Source: an uncultured Planctomycetaceae bacterium (GTDB lineage Bacteria; Planctomycetota; Phycisphaerae; SM23-33). Taken from it: 61,029 nt of DNA. Of this stretch, positions 27,143 through 37,354 are shown one piece after another (the first letter of the stretch is position 1; each line of letters starts with the position of its first letter). Under the pieces are notes generated by a model. That model was not told where the DNA came from. It was given only the letters and a program-made list of their open reading frames with translations, and made no database searches. The position numbers and the translations under genes are program-made. The stretch covers positions 1 through 61,029 of the forward strand of contig CAZVEV010000002.1 of the NCBI GenBank assembly GCA_964625865.1, given 5' to 3'.

Positions 27143-29983
27143 TCACCGTCCGGCGGGGGCGAAGCAGATGATCTGCCCGTTGCGGCAGGTGACGATCACG
27201 CGTCCGGCGGCGTCGACGGCGAGGCCCCAGCGAACAGGAGCACTGGGCAGGGGGCGGCTCCACAGGGCCTTGCCCCCCGCCACGGGCGTCGCCGCAAGCG
27301 CCCAGTTCCTTCGGTCGCCCGCCGGCGGGCGAAGCGTCAGCCTCACGTTGGCCGTCACGACGGTCTGAGGCGGCCAGACCACTGAACGGTCATAGACCGG
27401 GGCATGAGGCGCCGAATAGAAAGGCTGCCCGCTGACGCGGACCCGGCCGTTGGTGAGCGTCAGTTCCCGCCCGCGAGGCATGCGCGATCCGGGGCCGCGC
27501 GGCGGGGGACTGAGACACTTGCCGGTCTTCAGGTCGTACACGCCGGGCGACATCGCGTTGCCCCCCGCCAGGTACAGCTTGTCCGCGTGCAGCAGCATCT
27601 CGCCCTGGACGGCCACCCCGCGCCCCGACGCGCGGTCGAGATGGCCCGACGTGTTGTTCTGCCACCTGACCCGCCCGGTCGCTGCGTCCAGAGCGTACAC
27701 GTGCGTACCGTCATGCGTGTTCATCCCCGCCGCCACGTAGGCCGTGCCCTTCTCGACGATCACGCCCGCGGCGGCCGGCCAGGTCGACAGCAGCTTGCCG
27801 TAGATAGGAATCATTCGCGCCTGCGGTGCGGCTCGGAACCGCCATCGTCGCTTGCCCGTCGCCGCCTCCAGGGCGTAGACGCACCCGTCGCCGGACGCCA
27901 CCAGCGCCAGCTTCCCCGCGATCGTCGGCGGGAACCGGATGGCCGCCCCGGTGTAGGCCCGCCATCGCGGTTTGCCCGTGGCGGCGTCGAACGCCCGGAC
28001 GATGCCGTCGTCTGCGCCCACGAAGGCGATCCCGCCCGCGACGACGGGCGCGGTGGGCTCGTACGCGCGGGGCGGTTTGATTCGCCACAGTTCCTTGACC
28101 TGGTGGGGCCCCGTGGCGCCGCTGCGCGCCGAGCGAGCGTTGTCCCCGCGGTAGGTCGGCCAATCGTTGGCGGCCACCGGCAGCGCGGGGGTCTGCCCGG
28201 CTTCGGGAGATGCTTCGAGCCGATCCGCCCCGGCCTGCCGGCCGAACGCGAACGTGCCCGCCGGGCCGCACGAAATCACGCCGAACATCTGCAGGTTGCA
28301 GTCGCAGGTCCAGGGTACCCAGTACATGTGGCCGTTGGCGATCATCACGCCAACGAGGCACGACGGCCTCATCGGCGAGATCTGCTGCACGCCCGGGCGC
28401 CCCGTCACGAGGCGCTGCGACCCGCCCGAGGCGCGGAAGTAGATCCCGTCGGCACTGCCGGTGGATCGCGTGCAGGCCCGCCGGCTGGCCGGAAACGTCG
28501 CGAGCACCTTGCCCGTCAGCGGGTCCAGCTTGCGGGTGAGGTTCTGGCTCTTCTGCGGGCCTATCGTGTACAGCCCGTCGTCGCGGATGACCACGTGCAG
28601 GTCGCGGGCGTTGTCGGCCCACAGCAGCTTGCCGTCCTTGGCCGACACAGCCGTCAGGTGGTGGACCTGCGGGCCGATGAAGTACACCGCCTTGTCGGTG
28701 CACTTGAGATAGACGGTGGACTTCCACCCGCCGATGTACCCGTGTCCGGGCCGGTAGTCGCCGATGGCCTTGAACAGGTCGGCGTCCTTGTCGTTGGTCC
28801 GGCGCCAGAGCGTGCGGCCGGTCTTGGCGTCGAGGCACGTCAGGCGTTTCCCGAACGTGCACATGAACATCCGCCCGGCGGCCATGCACAGGCTGCGGCT
28901 GTCGATGGGCAGGTCGGCGGTGTGCGTCCAGAGGACCTTGCCCGTCTTGGCGTTCATGGCCAGCAGCTTCCGCGAGAAGCCCCACGTGTAGCTGCGCGCG
29001 TTGTAGCCTTTCGAGATGCCTCCCCACGGCCAGCCGTGCCGTCCCAGCCGCCACTTGGCGACTTTGTCGAGCGGCTCTGCCGGGCCGATCAGCGCATACA
29101 GCACGCCGTCGGACAGGGCCATCCACTTCCAGAACGTCCCGCCGGCGACGTTGGCGGCCGGGGCGATCTCGCCCGTGACCTTGCCCGTCCGCGCATCGAT
29201 CAGCTTGCAGGAGACGTCGTCGGCCAGATACAGCGTTTGGGGCGTGGCGATCATCGTGCTGCGGTCGACCATCAGGCCGCTCTTGAGCTTGCGGCGCCAC
29301 AACTCCGTGCCGTTGTACCCGTTCATGGCGATCAGCGTGTTCAGGACCGTCTCCTCCCGCTGGTGCCACGCCACGTGCCCGAAGGCCATGAAGATCCGTC
29401 CCGCCGACGCGACGGCCGCCTGGGGCGCCGGGCCGTAACGCGGGGCCGAGATGAACTGCGTCAGCAGGGGCGTACGGGCCAGCGTGTCGCGCGACTGGGG
29501 GTTGTTGTCCGGCCCGTGGTAGTGGTGGGACCAGTCGTCGGCGCCGGCCGGCCGGGGCTTGCTCACCACGTTCGAGCCGATTATCGCCCTGCCCGCCGGG
29601 CGAAGCACGCGGAGGATCTCGGCGCGCGGGGCGCCGCTGGCTATGCCGGAGACCACGCCGTCGGCCAGGTTGTCGCCCAGCGCGATGCGGCCGTAGGCGC
29701 CTTGGGCCACGAAGACGCGCCGCCCGTAAAGCCCGGCGGCGTCGATGTCGCGGCAGGCCCTCTGCGCGGCGGCCCGGTCGGCGACCTGGAGCAAGACCGT
29801 CATCTCGCTTCGCCGGGCCAACTCGACCGCCAGGTCGGCCCGCGCCCACCCGAGCACAACGCAGAGTCCGCGCTGCAGGCCGAGGGTCTTGAGCACGTCG
29901 ACGGCCGCCGGTGGTGCGGCCTGGGCCGGGAGAGAAACGAGAACCCCACACGTCACAACGAGAGCGGTGACTGATCTGTGCAT
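27143..29983 (-). CDS. secreted PQQ-like beta-propeller repeat protein with N-terminal methyltransferase-like domain
   Basis: 946-aa ORF with a signal peptide. Repeated G..LW / A.DA.TGK..W blades run through the C-terminal ~750 aa. The N-terminal ~130 aa resemble a Rossmann SAM-methyltransferase-like fold (LCVVLGWARADLAVELA). Confidence 0.75.
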   Translation of the reverse strand: MHRSVTALVVTCGVLVSLPAQAAPPAAVDVLKTLGLQRGLCVVLGWARADLAVELARRSEMTVLLQVADRAAAQRACRDIDAAGLYGRRVFVAQGAYGRIALGDNLADGVVSGIASGAPRAEILRVLRPAGRAIIGSNVVSKPRPAGADDWSHHYHGPDNNPQSRDTLARTPLLTQFISAPRYGPAPQAAVASAGRIFMAFGHVAWHQREETVLNTLIAMNGYNGTELWRRKLKSGLMVDRSTMIATPQTLYLADDVSCKLIDARTGKVTGEIAPAANVAGGTFWKWMALSDGVLYALIGPAEPLDKVAKWRLGRHGWPWGGISKGYNARSYTWGFSRKLLAMNAKTGKVLWTHTADLPIDSRSLCMAAGRMFMCTFGKRLTCLDAKTGRTLWRRTNDKDADLFKAIGDYRPGHGYIGGWKSTVYLKCTDKAVYFIGPQVHHLTAVSAKDGKLLWADNARDLHVVIRDDGLYTIGPQKSQNLTRKLDPLTGKVLATFPASRRACTRSTGSADGIYFRASGGSQRLVTGRPGVQQISPMRPSCLVGVMIANGHMYWVPWTCDCNLQMFGVISCGPAGTFAFGRQAGADRLEASPEAGQTPALPVAANDWPTYRGDNARSARSGATGPHQVKELWRIKPPRAYEPTAPVVAGGIAFVGADDGIVRAFDAATGKPRWRAYTGAAIRFPPTIAGKLALVASGDGCVYALEAATGKRRWRFRAAPQARMIPIYGKLLSTWPAAAGVIVEKGTAYVAAGMNTHDGTHVYALDAATGRVRWQNNTSGHLDRASGRGVAVQGEMLLHADKLYLAGGNAMSPGVYDLKTGKCLSPPPRGPGSRMPRGRELTLTNGRVRVSGQPFYSAPHAPVYDRSVVWPPQTVVTANVRLTLRPPAGDRRNWALAATPVAGGKALWSRPLPSAPVRWGLAVDAAGRVIVTCRNGQIICFAPAGR

Positions 29984-30142
29984 CGGTCCATTCCTTCAGA
30001 TGAGAGACATGATGCTCAAAGGGGTCCGCGTGCGATGGGACTATGGCGGCCCCGTCGCCCGGGACACCCCTGATCGTACCGAAGAGCGTATCGGACGGAC
30101 AGGCTTTCTCGACGAAACCGGTCCCCTCGTGCATTTCGTGCT

Positions 30143-30262
30143 CAGCCGGACCCCCTGGCAGCGACGAGAGGGCGGCCTAAGCGACGATCTCCCGGCCGAA
30201 GGGGGAGGAGGTGGCTTCGGGCGTGGCAGGCGGCTACGGGGCGGCTACGGGGCTTGGCCGGG
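30143..30262. repeat. family H ~110-bp repeat (copy 2)
   Basis: Matches 11201-11310. Both copies lie in divergent promoter regions. Confidence 0.7.
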
Positions 30263-30381
30263 ACGCGGCGGCCGGCACCCCCGTGCCGCCCTGCCAGATG
30301 CTTGCACCCGTGGAGGGGGGGCGACATAATGTGCGGACGCTTGGGGGCGAACGGTGAGAACCAGACGGGGTGCGAGGCATC

Positions 30382-31767
30382 ATGACAGAGACACTATCGA
30401 GCGACCCGGCGCGCGCGGCGCTGTTCCAGCAGGACTTCCCGGCCGGCGAGTTCGTCGAGCGGCGGCAGCGAATCTGCGACGCCATCGGTCCTGACGCGAT
30501 GGCCCTTGTCCAGGGCGCCGCGCCGACCAGGGGCTTCGACCTCTTCAGCCAGACGCACCAGTTCTACTACTGCTGCGGCCTGGAGGCCCCCCAGGCGTAT
30601 CTGCTTCTGGACGGGGCGACGCGGACGGCGAGGATCTATCTGCCCCATCCGCCCGAGAAACAGCGGGCCGAGGGCGCCGCCCTGTCCACCGCCGACGCTG
30701 ACCTCATCATCGCCGCCACGGGCACGGCCGGCGTGTTCGGGCTCGATGCGCTCAACGAGCACATCGCGGCCGCGACGGTCGTCTACACGCCTCATGGCCC
30801 GGCAGAGCAGCGGATGATGAGCCGGGACGAGCTAAGCCACCGCGCCGGCCTGGTGGCCGCCGACCCGTGGGACGGCGAGCAGCCCCGCGAGGAGATGCTC
30901 ATCGACCTGATCCGCTCGCGAACCGACGGCGCGGAGGTCCGCGACCTGTCGCCGATTCTCGACCGCATGCGCTCGGTCAAGAGTCCGCGCGAAGTCGACG
31001 TGCTCCGCCGGGCAGGCGCGGTCTGCGCCCAGGCGATCGTCGAGGCCATGCGGGCCACGCGGCCGGGCATGATGGAGTACCACCTCGGGGCGGTCTCCAA
31101 CTGCGTCTACCAACTGCACGGCATGCGGGAGGGCTATCGTCCGATCATCGCGGGGCAGGGAAACGCGTGGCACGCCCATTACTTCCAGAACAACTGCGTG
31201 CTCAACGACGGCGAGATGGTGCTCATGGACGTGGCGCCGGATTCGGGCAACTACACCAGCGACATCGGCCGCATGTGGCCGGTGGGGGGCACGTACGCGC
31301 CGTGGCAGCGCGAGCTGTACGGCTTCATTGTCAGATACCACATGGAACTGCTCGCGCTGATCCGCCCGGGCGTGACGGCCGCCGACGTGATGGACCGGGC
31401 CGCAGAGATCATGACCCCCGTCGTCGAGGCCACCGCCTTCTCGAAGGAGATCTTCAAAGCCGCCGCCGAACGGACGCTGACCTTCCGCGGCCACATGTCG
31501 CACCCGGTGGGGATGGCTGTCCATGACGTGGGCCCGTACCGCGAGCGTTCGCTCGAGCCGGGCGTCGTGCTGACCGTCGATCCGCAGATGTGGGTGCCCG
31601 AAGAGAAGATCTACGTTCGCGTGGAAGACACGGTGGTGGTCACGGAAGACGGCATGGAGAACCTGACCGGCGCCGCCCCGCTGGACCTGGACGACGTGGA
31701 GGCCCTCATGCGCGACCCCTCGCCGTTTGACAGCGTGATCGACGCGGTGTTGGGCACGGGAAACTGA
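30382..31767 (+). CDS. Xaa-Pro aminopeptidase / M24 family metallopeptidase
   Basis: M24 pita-bread motifs (VLMDVAPD, HMSHPVGMAVHDVG, VRVEDTVVVTEDG). Start trimmed to MTETLSSDP. Confidence 0.85.
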   Translation: MTETLSSDPARAALFQQDFPAGEFVERRQRICDAIGPDAMALVQGAAPTRGFDLFSQTHQFYYCCGLEAPQAYLLLDGATRTARIYLPHPPEKQRAEGAALSTADADLIIAATGTAGVFGLDALNEHIAAATVVYTPHGPAEQRMMSRDELSHRAGLVAADPWDGEQPREEMLIDLIRSRTDGAEVRDLSPILDRMRSVKSPREVDVLRRAGAVCAQAIVEAMRATRPGMMEYHLGAVSNCVYQLHGMREGYRPIIAGQGNAWHAHYFQNNCVLNDGEMVLMDVAPDSGNYTSDIGRMWPVGGTYAPWQRELYGFIVRYHMELLALIRPGVTAADVMDRAAEIMTPVVEATAFSKEIFKAAAERTLTFRGHMSHPVGMAVHDVGPYRERSLEPGVVLTVDPQMWVPEEKIYVRVEDTVVVTEDGMENLTGAAPLDLDDVEALMRDPSPFDSVIDAVLGTGN

Positions 31768-31874
31768 GCCCGCGCCGGGGCGAGACGGGCGAAACTTCCT
31801 GTTGTTGGCCGCGTTTCATCGTGTATACTATTGGATTCGGTTGAATCACTAACACCAGTAATCGGAGACACACA

Positions 31875-33224
31875 ATGGCGAACAACCTATCACGTCGCGG
31901 CTTCCTGAAGGTATCCGCGGCCAGTGCGGCTGCGGCGACCGTGGTTGGGCAGGCGCCCTTCGTTATCGGCGCTAAGCCGGCCAAGAAGAAGCTACGTTTC
32001 GCGAACATCGGTTGCGGCGGGCGCGGCGGGGCGCACCTGGGCGGGGCCGACCAGGGCGGCGGGGGCATCGTTGCCCTGTGCGACGTTGACGCGCGGGCCG
32101 TCAGCCGTGCCGCCAAGGGTCGTCCCAACGCGAAGAAGTACTCCGACTACCGGAAGATGTTCGACGACATGGGCGACAAGATCGACGCCGTCGTCGTCTC
32201 CACGCCGGACCACAGCCACTACCCCGCGGCGATGCGGGCGCTGAAGCTGGGCAAGCACGTGTACTGCGAAAAGCCCCTGACCTGGTCGGTCTGGGAATCC
32301 CAGCAGCTCGCCGCGATGGCCGCCGAGAAGAAGGTCGCCACGCAGATGGGCAACCAGGGCGCCAGCGGCGAGGGCTGGAAGAAAGTGTACGAGTATATCG
32401 CCGCCGGCGCGGTCGGCACGGTCAAGGAAGTCCACACGTGGACCAACCGTCCGGTCTGGCCGCAGGGCATCGGACGACCCAAGGGCGAAGATCCCATTCC
32501 GGATTACCTCAACTGGGACTGCTGGATCGGCCCCGCGCCGATGCGCCCGTTCAAGAAGGGCGTCTATCACGGCTTCAAGTGGCGCGGCTGGCTTGACTTC
32601 GGCTCCGGCGCACTTGGCGACATGGCCTGCCACACCCAGAACGCCATGTACAAGGTCATGGAACCGACGGCCCCGTTGAGCATCGAGCCGCTGCACAATT
32701 CGGGCATCGTCGACGGCGAGACGTTCCCGAGCAAGTCGATCATCAAGTGCGTCTTCCCCAAGACCGACAAGCGTCCGGGCTTCGACTCGTACTGGTACGA
32801 CGGCAAGCTCCGCCCCAAGCGTCCGGCGGAACTCGAGAAGGACCGCGTCTGGGAGCGCGTCGCCTACACGGGCACGATGTTCGTCGGCGACAAGGGCGTA
32901 CTGATTTCCAAGAGCGACTACAACGACCGCCCGGAACTGCTGCCCAGGACCAAGCACAAAGAGTTCGGCACGCCGCCGAGGGTCTTCAAGGAACGCTCGA
33001 ACAACCACTTCGGCCAGTTCCTGGCCGCCTGCCGCGGCGAGATCGCATGGAACAAGACGAACTCGCACTTCGGTTTTGCCGGCCCGATGGCCGCCAACGT
33101 CCTGCTGGGCAATGTGGCGCTGATCGCGGGCAAGAAGTTGGAAATGAACCCCGACTTCACGTTCAAGGACACCAAGTACAACAAGCTCCTGAAGCGCACG
33201 CCGCGCAAGGGCTTCGACGCGTAA
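31875..33224 (+). CDS. Gfo/Idh/MocA family oxidoreductase with TAT signal
   Basis: MANNLSRRGFLKVSAASAAAATVVG twin-arginine signal. FANIGCGGRG Rossmann motif and the EKP motif. Confidence 0.85.
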   Translation: MANNLSRRGFLKVSAASAAAATVVGQAPFVIGAKPAKKKLRFANIGCGGRGGAHLGGADQGGGGIVALCDVDARAVSRAAKGRPNAKKYSDYRKMFDDMGDKIDAVVVSTPDHSHYPAAMRALKLGKHVYCEKPLTWSVWESQQLAAMAAEKKVATQMGNQGASGEGWKKVYEYIAAGAVGTVKEVHTWTNRPVWPQGIGRPKGEDPIPDYLNWDCWIGPAPMRPFKKGVYHGFKWRGWLDFGSGALGDMACHTQNAMYKVMEPTAPLSIEPLHNSGIVDGETFPSKSIIKCVFPKTDKRPGFDSYWYDGKLRPKRPAELEKDRVWERVAYTGTMFVGDKGVLISKSDYNDRPELLPRTKHKEFGTPPRVFKERSNNHFGQFLAACRGEIAWNKTNSHFGFAGPMAANVLLGNVALIAGKKLEMNPDFTFKDTKYNKLLKRTPRKGFDA

Positions 33225-33449
33225 CACCCCGTCGGTCGCCCCCGGGCGACAGACGCCGACAATCGAACCATGCCCCGTCCGGCGCGCCGGGCGGGGCGTG
33301 TCATTGTGCGACGGTGAGGTCATCGTAGAGGACTACCCGCCACTGCGCAGGAAGAAGGTCGGGCGCGGGACTTGCTTGCACGCGGAATACATGAACTCTC
33401 CCTCCCGCGTGGTGAGAAGCGCCAGCGCCCGACCGCACCGACAGCGAGG

Positions 33450-33538
33450 GCGCGGAGCAGCTTGCTTCTTGGCGTCTTGGTGAACGAGAAGGACGCCAAG
33501 AAGCAAGCTGCATCGAAGCGTCTGACTGAAACAACGCG
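33450..33538 (-). repeat. family B hairpin repeat (reverse orientation)
   Basis: GCAGCTTGCTTCTTGGCGTC (33457-33476) pairs with GACGCCAAGAAGCAAGCTGC (33492-33511). The flank is the reverse complement of the B1 flank. Confidence 0.75.
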
Positions 33539-33612
33539 GTAGGGCGTGCAACTTGTTTGCGCGCGGAAAGGACGGACTGTTCATTCCGCGTGCAACGAGT
33601 TGCACGCCCTAC
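33539..33612. repeat. family C 74-nt structured palindromic element
   Basis: GTAGGGCGTGCAAC...GTTGCACGCCCTAC outer 14-bp stem plus an inner GCxCGCGG/CCGCGTGC stem. A second copy lies at 53760-53833. Confidence 0.75.
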
Positions 33613-33625
33613 CGGTATTGACGAG

Positions 33626-36600
33626 TTACCCGCGTACGTTCTCGTCGCGCCAGTGTTTGGCGAGGAACTGGCCCGTGTAGGAGGCCTTGATCTCGGCGAC
33701 CGCTTCGGGGCGCCCTTCGGCGATCAGCTTACCCCCGCCGTCCCCGCCGGCCGGGCCCAGGTCCACGATCCAGTCGGCGCACTTGATCACGTCGAGGTTG
33801 TGCTCGATCACGATGATGCTGTTGCCCATGTCCGCCAGGCGGTTCAGGACGTTCAGCAGGCTGTGGATGTCGGCGAAGTGCAGCCCGGTGGTCGGCTCGT
33901 CGAGGATGTACAGCGTGTGGCCCGTTGCGGTCTTGCCCAGCTCCGACGCCAGCTTGACCCGCTGGGCCTCCCCGCCGGACAGCGTGGTGGAGCTCTGGCC
34001 CAGCTCAATGTAGCCCATCCCCACGTCGTTCAGCGCGCGGAGCAGTTGGCGGATCTTGGGGAAGTTCTTGAAGAACCGCAGGGCCTCCTCGATCCGCATG
34101 GCCAGCACGTCGGCAATGTTCTTGCCCCTGTACCGCACCTCGAGCGTCTCGCGGTTGTAGCGGGCGCCTTTGCATTCCTGGCACTCGACGTAGACGTCGG
34201 GCAGGAAGTGCATCTCGATCCGCTTGGTGCCCTGGCCCTGGCAGGCCTCGCAGCGCCCGCCCTTGACGTTGAAGCTGAACCGCCCGGGCTTGTAGCCGCG
34301 GATCTTGGCCTCGCGGGTCTTGGCGAACAGCTGGCGGATCAGGTCGAACACGCCGGTGTACGTCGCGGGGTTCGAGCGCGGCGTGCGCCCGATCGGGGCC
34401 TGGTTGATCTCGATGACCTTGTCGATCAGGCCCGTGCCCAGGATCTTGTCGAAGTCGCCCGCCTTGTCGCGCGACGCGTACACGCGCCGCCGCAGCGCCG
34501 GCAGGAGCGTCTGGTTGACCAGCGTGCTCTTGCCCGACCCGCTGACGCCCGTGACGCAGATGATGCCCCCCAGCGGGAACCGCACGTCGATGCTCTTGAG
34601 GTTGTGCTCGCGACAGCCGCGAATCTCGATGCTCCGCTTCCGGGCCAGCCTCCGCCGGCCGGTCGGCGTTTCGATCTGCGTCTGGCCCGAGAGGTACTTG
34701 CCCGTCAGCGACCCCTCGGCAGCGCAGATCTCGTCGATCGTGCCCTGGGCCACCACGCGCCCGCCGTGGCGACCGGCCCCCGGGCCCATGTCCACAATCT
34801 CGTCCGCGGCGCGGATCGTCTCCTCGTCGTGCTCCACCACGATCACCGTATTGCCGATGTCCCGCAAATGCTCCAGCGTGCGGATCAGGCGCTGGTTGTC
34901 GCGCTGGTGCAGGCCGATCGTCGGCTCGTCGAGCACGTAGCAGACGCCCACCAGCCCGCTGCCGACCTGGGTGGCCAGGCGGATCCGCTGGGCCTCCCCG
35001 CCCGACAGCGTGGACGACTTCCGCGCCAGCGTGACGTAGTCCAGGCCGACGTCGGCAAGGAAGCTCAGGCGGTGGGTGATCTCGCGGAGGATCATCTCGG
35101 CGATCTGGGCCCGCTCGGCGTCCAGCTCCAGCGAGGAGAAGAACGCGAGGGCCTCGGTGATGCTCATGTCGGTGACCTGGCGGATGTTCCTGTCGGCGAT
35201 GGTGACCGCCAGTGACGCCGCCCTCAGCCGCCCGCCGCCGCACTCGCTGCACGGCTGCTCCGACAGGAACCCGTGCATGCGGTGTTTGACGAACTCGCTG
35301 TCGGTCTTCTGCCATCGCCTCGTCAGGTTCGGGATCACGCCCTCCCACTTGCCCTCCGGATCGCCGTGCAGCAGGATCTGTCGAACGTCGGCGGGCAGGT
35401 CCTTCCACGGCGTGACGGCCGAGACGCGGTAGGCGCGGCAAAACCGCCTGATCGCGCGGTTGTAGAAGATATTCATCCGCTTGCCCCCGTGTCGCCACGC
35501 GGCCACGGCCCCGTTGGTCAGCGACAGCGTGGGATCCGGCACGATCAGGTCCGGGTCGAACTCGAGGATCGTGCCCAGCCCGTCGCAGGCCTCGCACGCC
35601 CCGTAGGGCGAGTTGAAGCTGAACATTCGCGGGGCCAGTTCGGGCAGGTTGCTCTCGGGGTGCTCCGGGCAGGCGTAGGTCGCGCTGAACAGCCAGTCTT
35701 TCCAGTGGGCAAACGGGTTGGTCCCGTTGCGCCGGGGCGACGCGTCGTCCTCGCCGGCCGGCTCGTACGAGACCACCACCAGCCCGCCGGCCAGCGCCAA
35801 CGCCGTCTCGATGCTGTCCGACAGGCGTATCCGCACCGACGGCTTCATGATCAGGCGGTCGACCACCACGTCGATCGTGTGACGCGTGTTCTTGTCCAGT
35901 TCGGGCAGGTCCTTCAGCTCGCCGATGGTCCCGTCGATCCGCACGCGGACGAACCCCTCGCGCTGCACGTGGCGGAGCAGTTCGGCATGGACGCCCTTCT
36001 GGCCGCGTATGATCGGGGCGAGGACCATGAACTTCGTGCCCTCGGGCAGTTCGCACAGGGCGTCGACCATCTGCGTGACGGTCTGCGACGCGATGGGGCG
36101 CCCGCACGTCCAGCAGTGGGGGGTTCCCACGCGGGCGAACAGCAGGCGGAGGTAATCGTAGATCTCCGTCGTGGTCGCCACCGTCGATCGTGGGTTGGAT
36201 CCGCCGCTGCGCTGCTCGATGGCGACGGTGGGGGGCAGGCCCTCGATGTGCTCGACGTCCGGCTTGGCCAGTTGGGCCAGGAACTGCCTCGCATACGCCG
36301 AAAGGCTCTCGACGTACTTGCGCTGACCCTCGGCGTAGATCGTGTCGAACGCCAGCGAACTCTTGCCCGAGCCGCTAAGCCCCGTCACGACCACCAGCTT
36401 GTCGCGCGGGATCCGCACGTCGACGTTGCGCAGATTGTGCTGCCTGGCCCCGACGATGCTGATCTCTCGCGCGACGGCAGCGGGCTTGGCCGACTTCCTG
36501 GCGATGGTCCGAGCGGCCTTGGCGGCCGGCTTCCGGGCGGCCCGCTTGGCCGGCGAACCCGCCTTCTTCGATGCGGTCTTCGAGGAGGTCGTCCTGGCGG

Positions 36601-36667
36601 CTCTGGTCTTCGTGGCGGTCTTTGCGGCCTTTTTCGCCTTCCGGGTTGTCTTCTTCGCTTTTGCCAT
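33626..36667 (-). CDS. uvrA: excinuclease ABC subunit UvrA with Lys/Ala-rich N-terminal extension
   Basis: Two ABC ATPase modules ([32 protein letters not shown] twice) and zinc-finger Cys pairs. Start trimmed to [13 protein letters not shown]. Confidence 0.95.
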   Translation of the reverse strand: MAKAKKTTRKAKKAAKTATKTRAARTTSSKTASKKAGSPAKRAARKPAAKAARTIARKSAKPAAVAREISIVGARQHNLRNVDVRIPRDKLVVVTGLSGSGKSSLAFDTIYAEGQRKYVESLSAYARQFLAQLAKPDVEHIEGLPPTVAIEQRSGGSNPRSTVATTTEIYDYLRLLFARVGTPHCWTCGRPIASQTVTQMVDALCELPEGTKFMVLAPIIRGQKGVHAELLRHVQREGFVRVRIDGTIGELKDLPELDKNTRHTIDVVVDRLIMKPSVRIRLSDSIETALALAGGLVVVSYEPAGEDDASPRRNGTNPFAHWKDWLFSATYACPEHPESNLPELAPRMFSFNSPYGACEACDGLGTILEFDPDLIVPDPTLSLTNGAVAAWRHGGKRMNIFYNRAIRRFCRAYRVSAVTPWKDLPADVRQILLHGDPEGKWEGVIPNLTRRWQKTDSEFVKHRMHGFLSEQPCSECGGGRLRAASLAVTIADRNIRQVTDMSITEALAFFSSLELDAERAQIAEMILREITHRLSFLADVGLDYVTLARKSSTLSGGEAQRIRLATQVGSGLVGVCYVLDEPTIGLHQRDNQRLIRTLEHLRDIGNTVIVVEHDEETIRAADEIVDMGPGAGRHGGRVVAQGTIDEICAAEGSLTGKYLSGQTQIETPTGRRRLARKRSIEIRGCREHNLKSIDVRFPLGGIICVTGVSGSGKSTLVNQTLLPALRRRVYASRDKAGDFDKILGTGLIDKVIEINQAPIGRTPRSNPATYTGVFDLIRQLFAKTREAKIRGYKPGRFSFNVKGGRCEACQGQGTKRIEMHFLPDVYVECQECKGARYNRETLEVRYRGKNIADVLAMRIEEALRFFKNFPKIRQLLRALNDVGMGYIELGQSSTTLSGGEAQRVKLASELGKTATGHTLYILDEPTTGLHFADIHSLLNVLNRLADMGNSIIVIEHNLDVIKCADWIVDLGPAGGDGGGKLIAEGRPEAVAEIKASYTGQFLAKHWRDENVRG

Positions 36668-36789
36668 GAGTGCAGAATCCAGTATGATAACCGACAGTCG
36701 CCTCGAACGCAAACATAGGCTTGCTCTCGTACGTACAATGACGTAACAAGGGAGGCCGGTGAGTCTCCCTCCGCAGTGAAAGTGCACCG

Positions 36790-37338
36790 ATGCCCCGGCC
36801 GCTGACGACATACGAGAAGATACGCCTGGTCTGGCCCGTCCAGGGGGCGGCCACCATCATCTTCCTGACCGGACTGGTCGGCCTGCTCGCCCTGGCCGGC
36901 ACGGGGCTGGCGAACCTGCTGTCCGGCCGCTACATCACGCTCCACTGGGAGTACTTCGTGGTCGGCCCGTTCTGCCTGGTGATCATGCGCGCCGCCCGGG
37001 GGCTGCTCCAGGTCAACCGGACCTGGCGACGCGTCTGCCTGGTTCTGCTCTGGGCGGGGGTCCTGCTTGCCCTGGCGGGCCTGTGGATCGACGGCCGCGC
37101 CCTTGCGCTGGACGCGGCAGAGCCGGACCAGTCGCACATCGGTCTGGTCTTCGCCATGATCGCCGCCGCCGTCCTGATCGTGCTGGTCTTCGTCGTCCCG
37201 CTACTGCTCCTGACCGGCCGAAAAGCCGTCCAGCAGTTCGGCCTGCCCTACTCCAAAACGCGACGCCAGTACGTGCTGGCCGGCATCGGCGCCGCCCTCC
37301 TGTGCGTCGCCGCCGCCGCCGCATCCTACCTGTCCTAG
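36790..37338 (+). CDS. hypothetical integral membrane protein
   Basis: 182-aa ORF with about 5 hydrophobic segments. No recognisable motif. Confidence 0.5.
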   Translation: MPRPLTTYEKIRLVWPVQGAATIIFLTGLVGLLALAGTGLANLLSGRYITLHWEYFVVGPFCLVIMRAARGLLQVNRTWRRVCLVLLWAGVLLALAGLWIDGRALALDAAEPDQSHIGLVFAMIAAAVLIVLVFVVPLLLLTGRKAVQQFGLPYSKTRRQYVLAGIGAALLCVAAAAASYLS

Positions 37339-37354
37339 CGCCCTCGGCGGGCGG

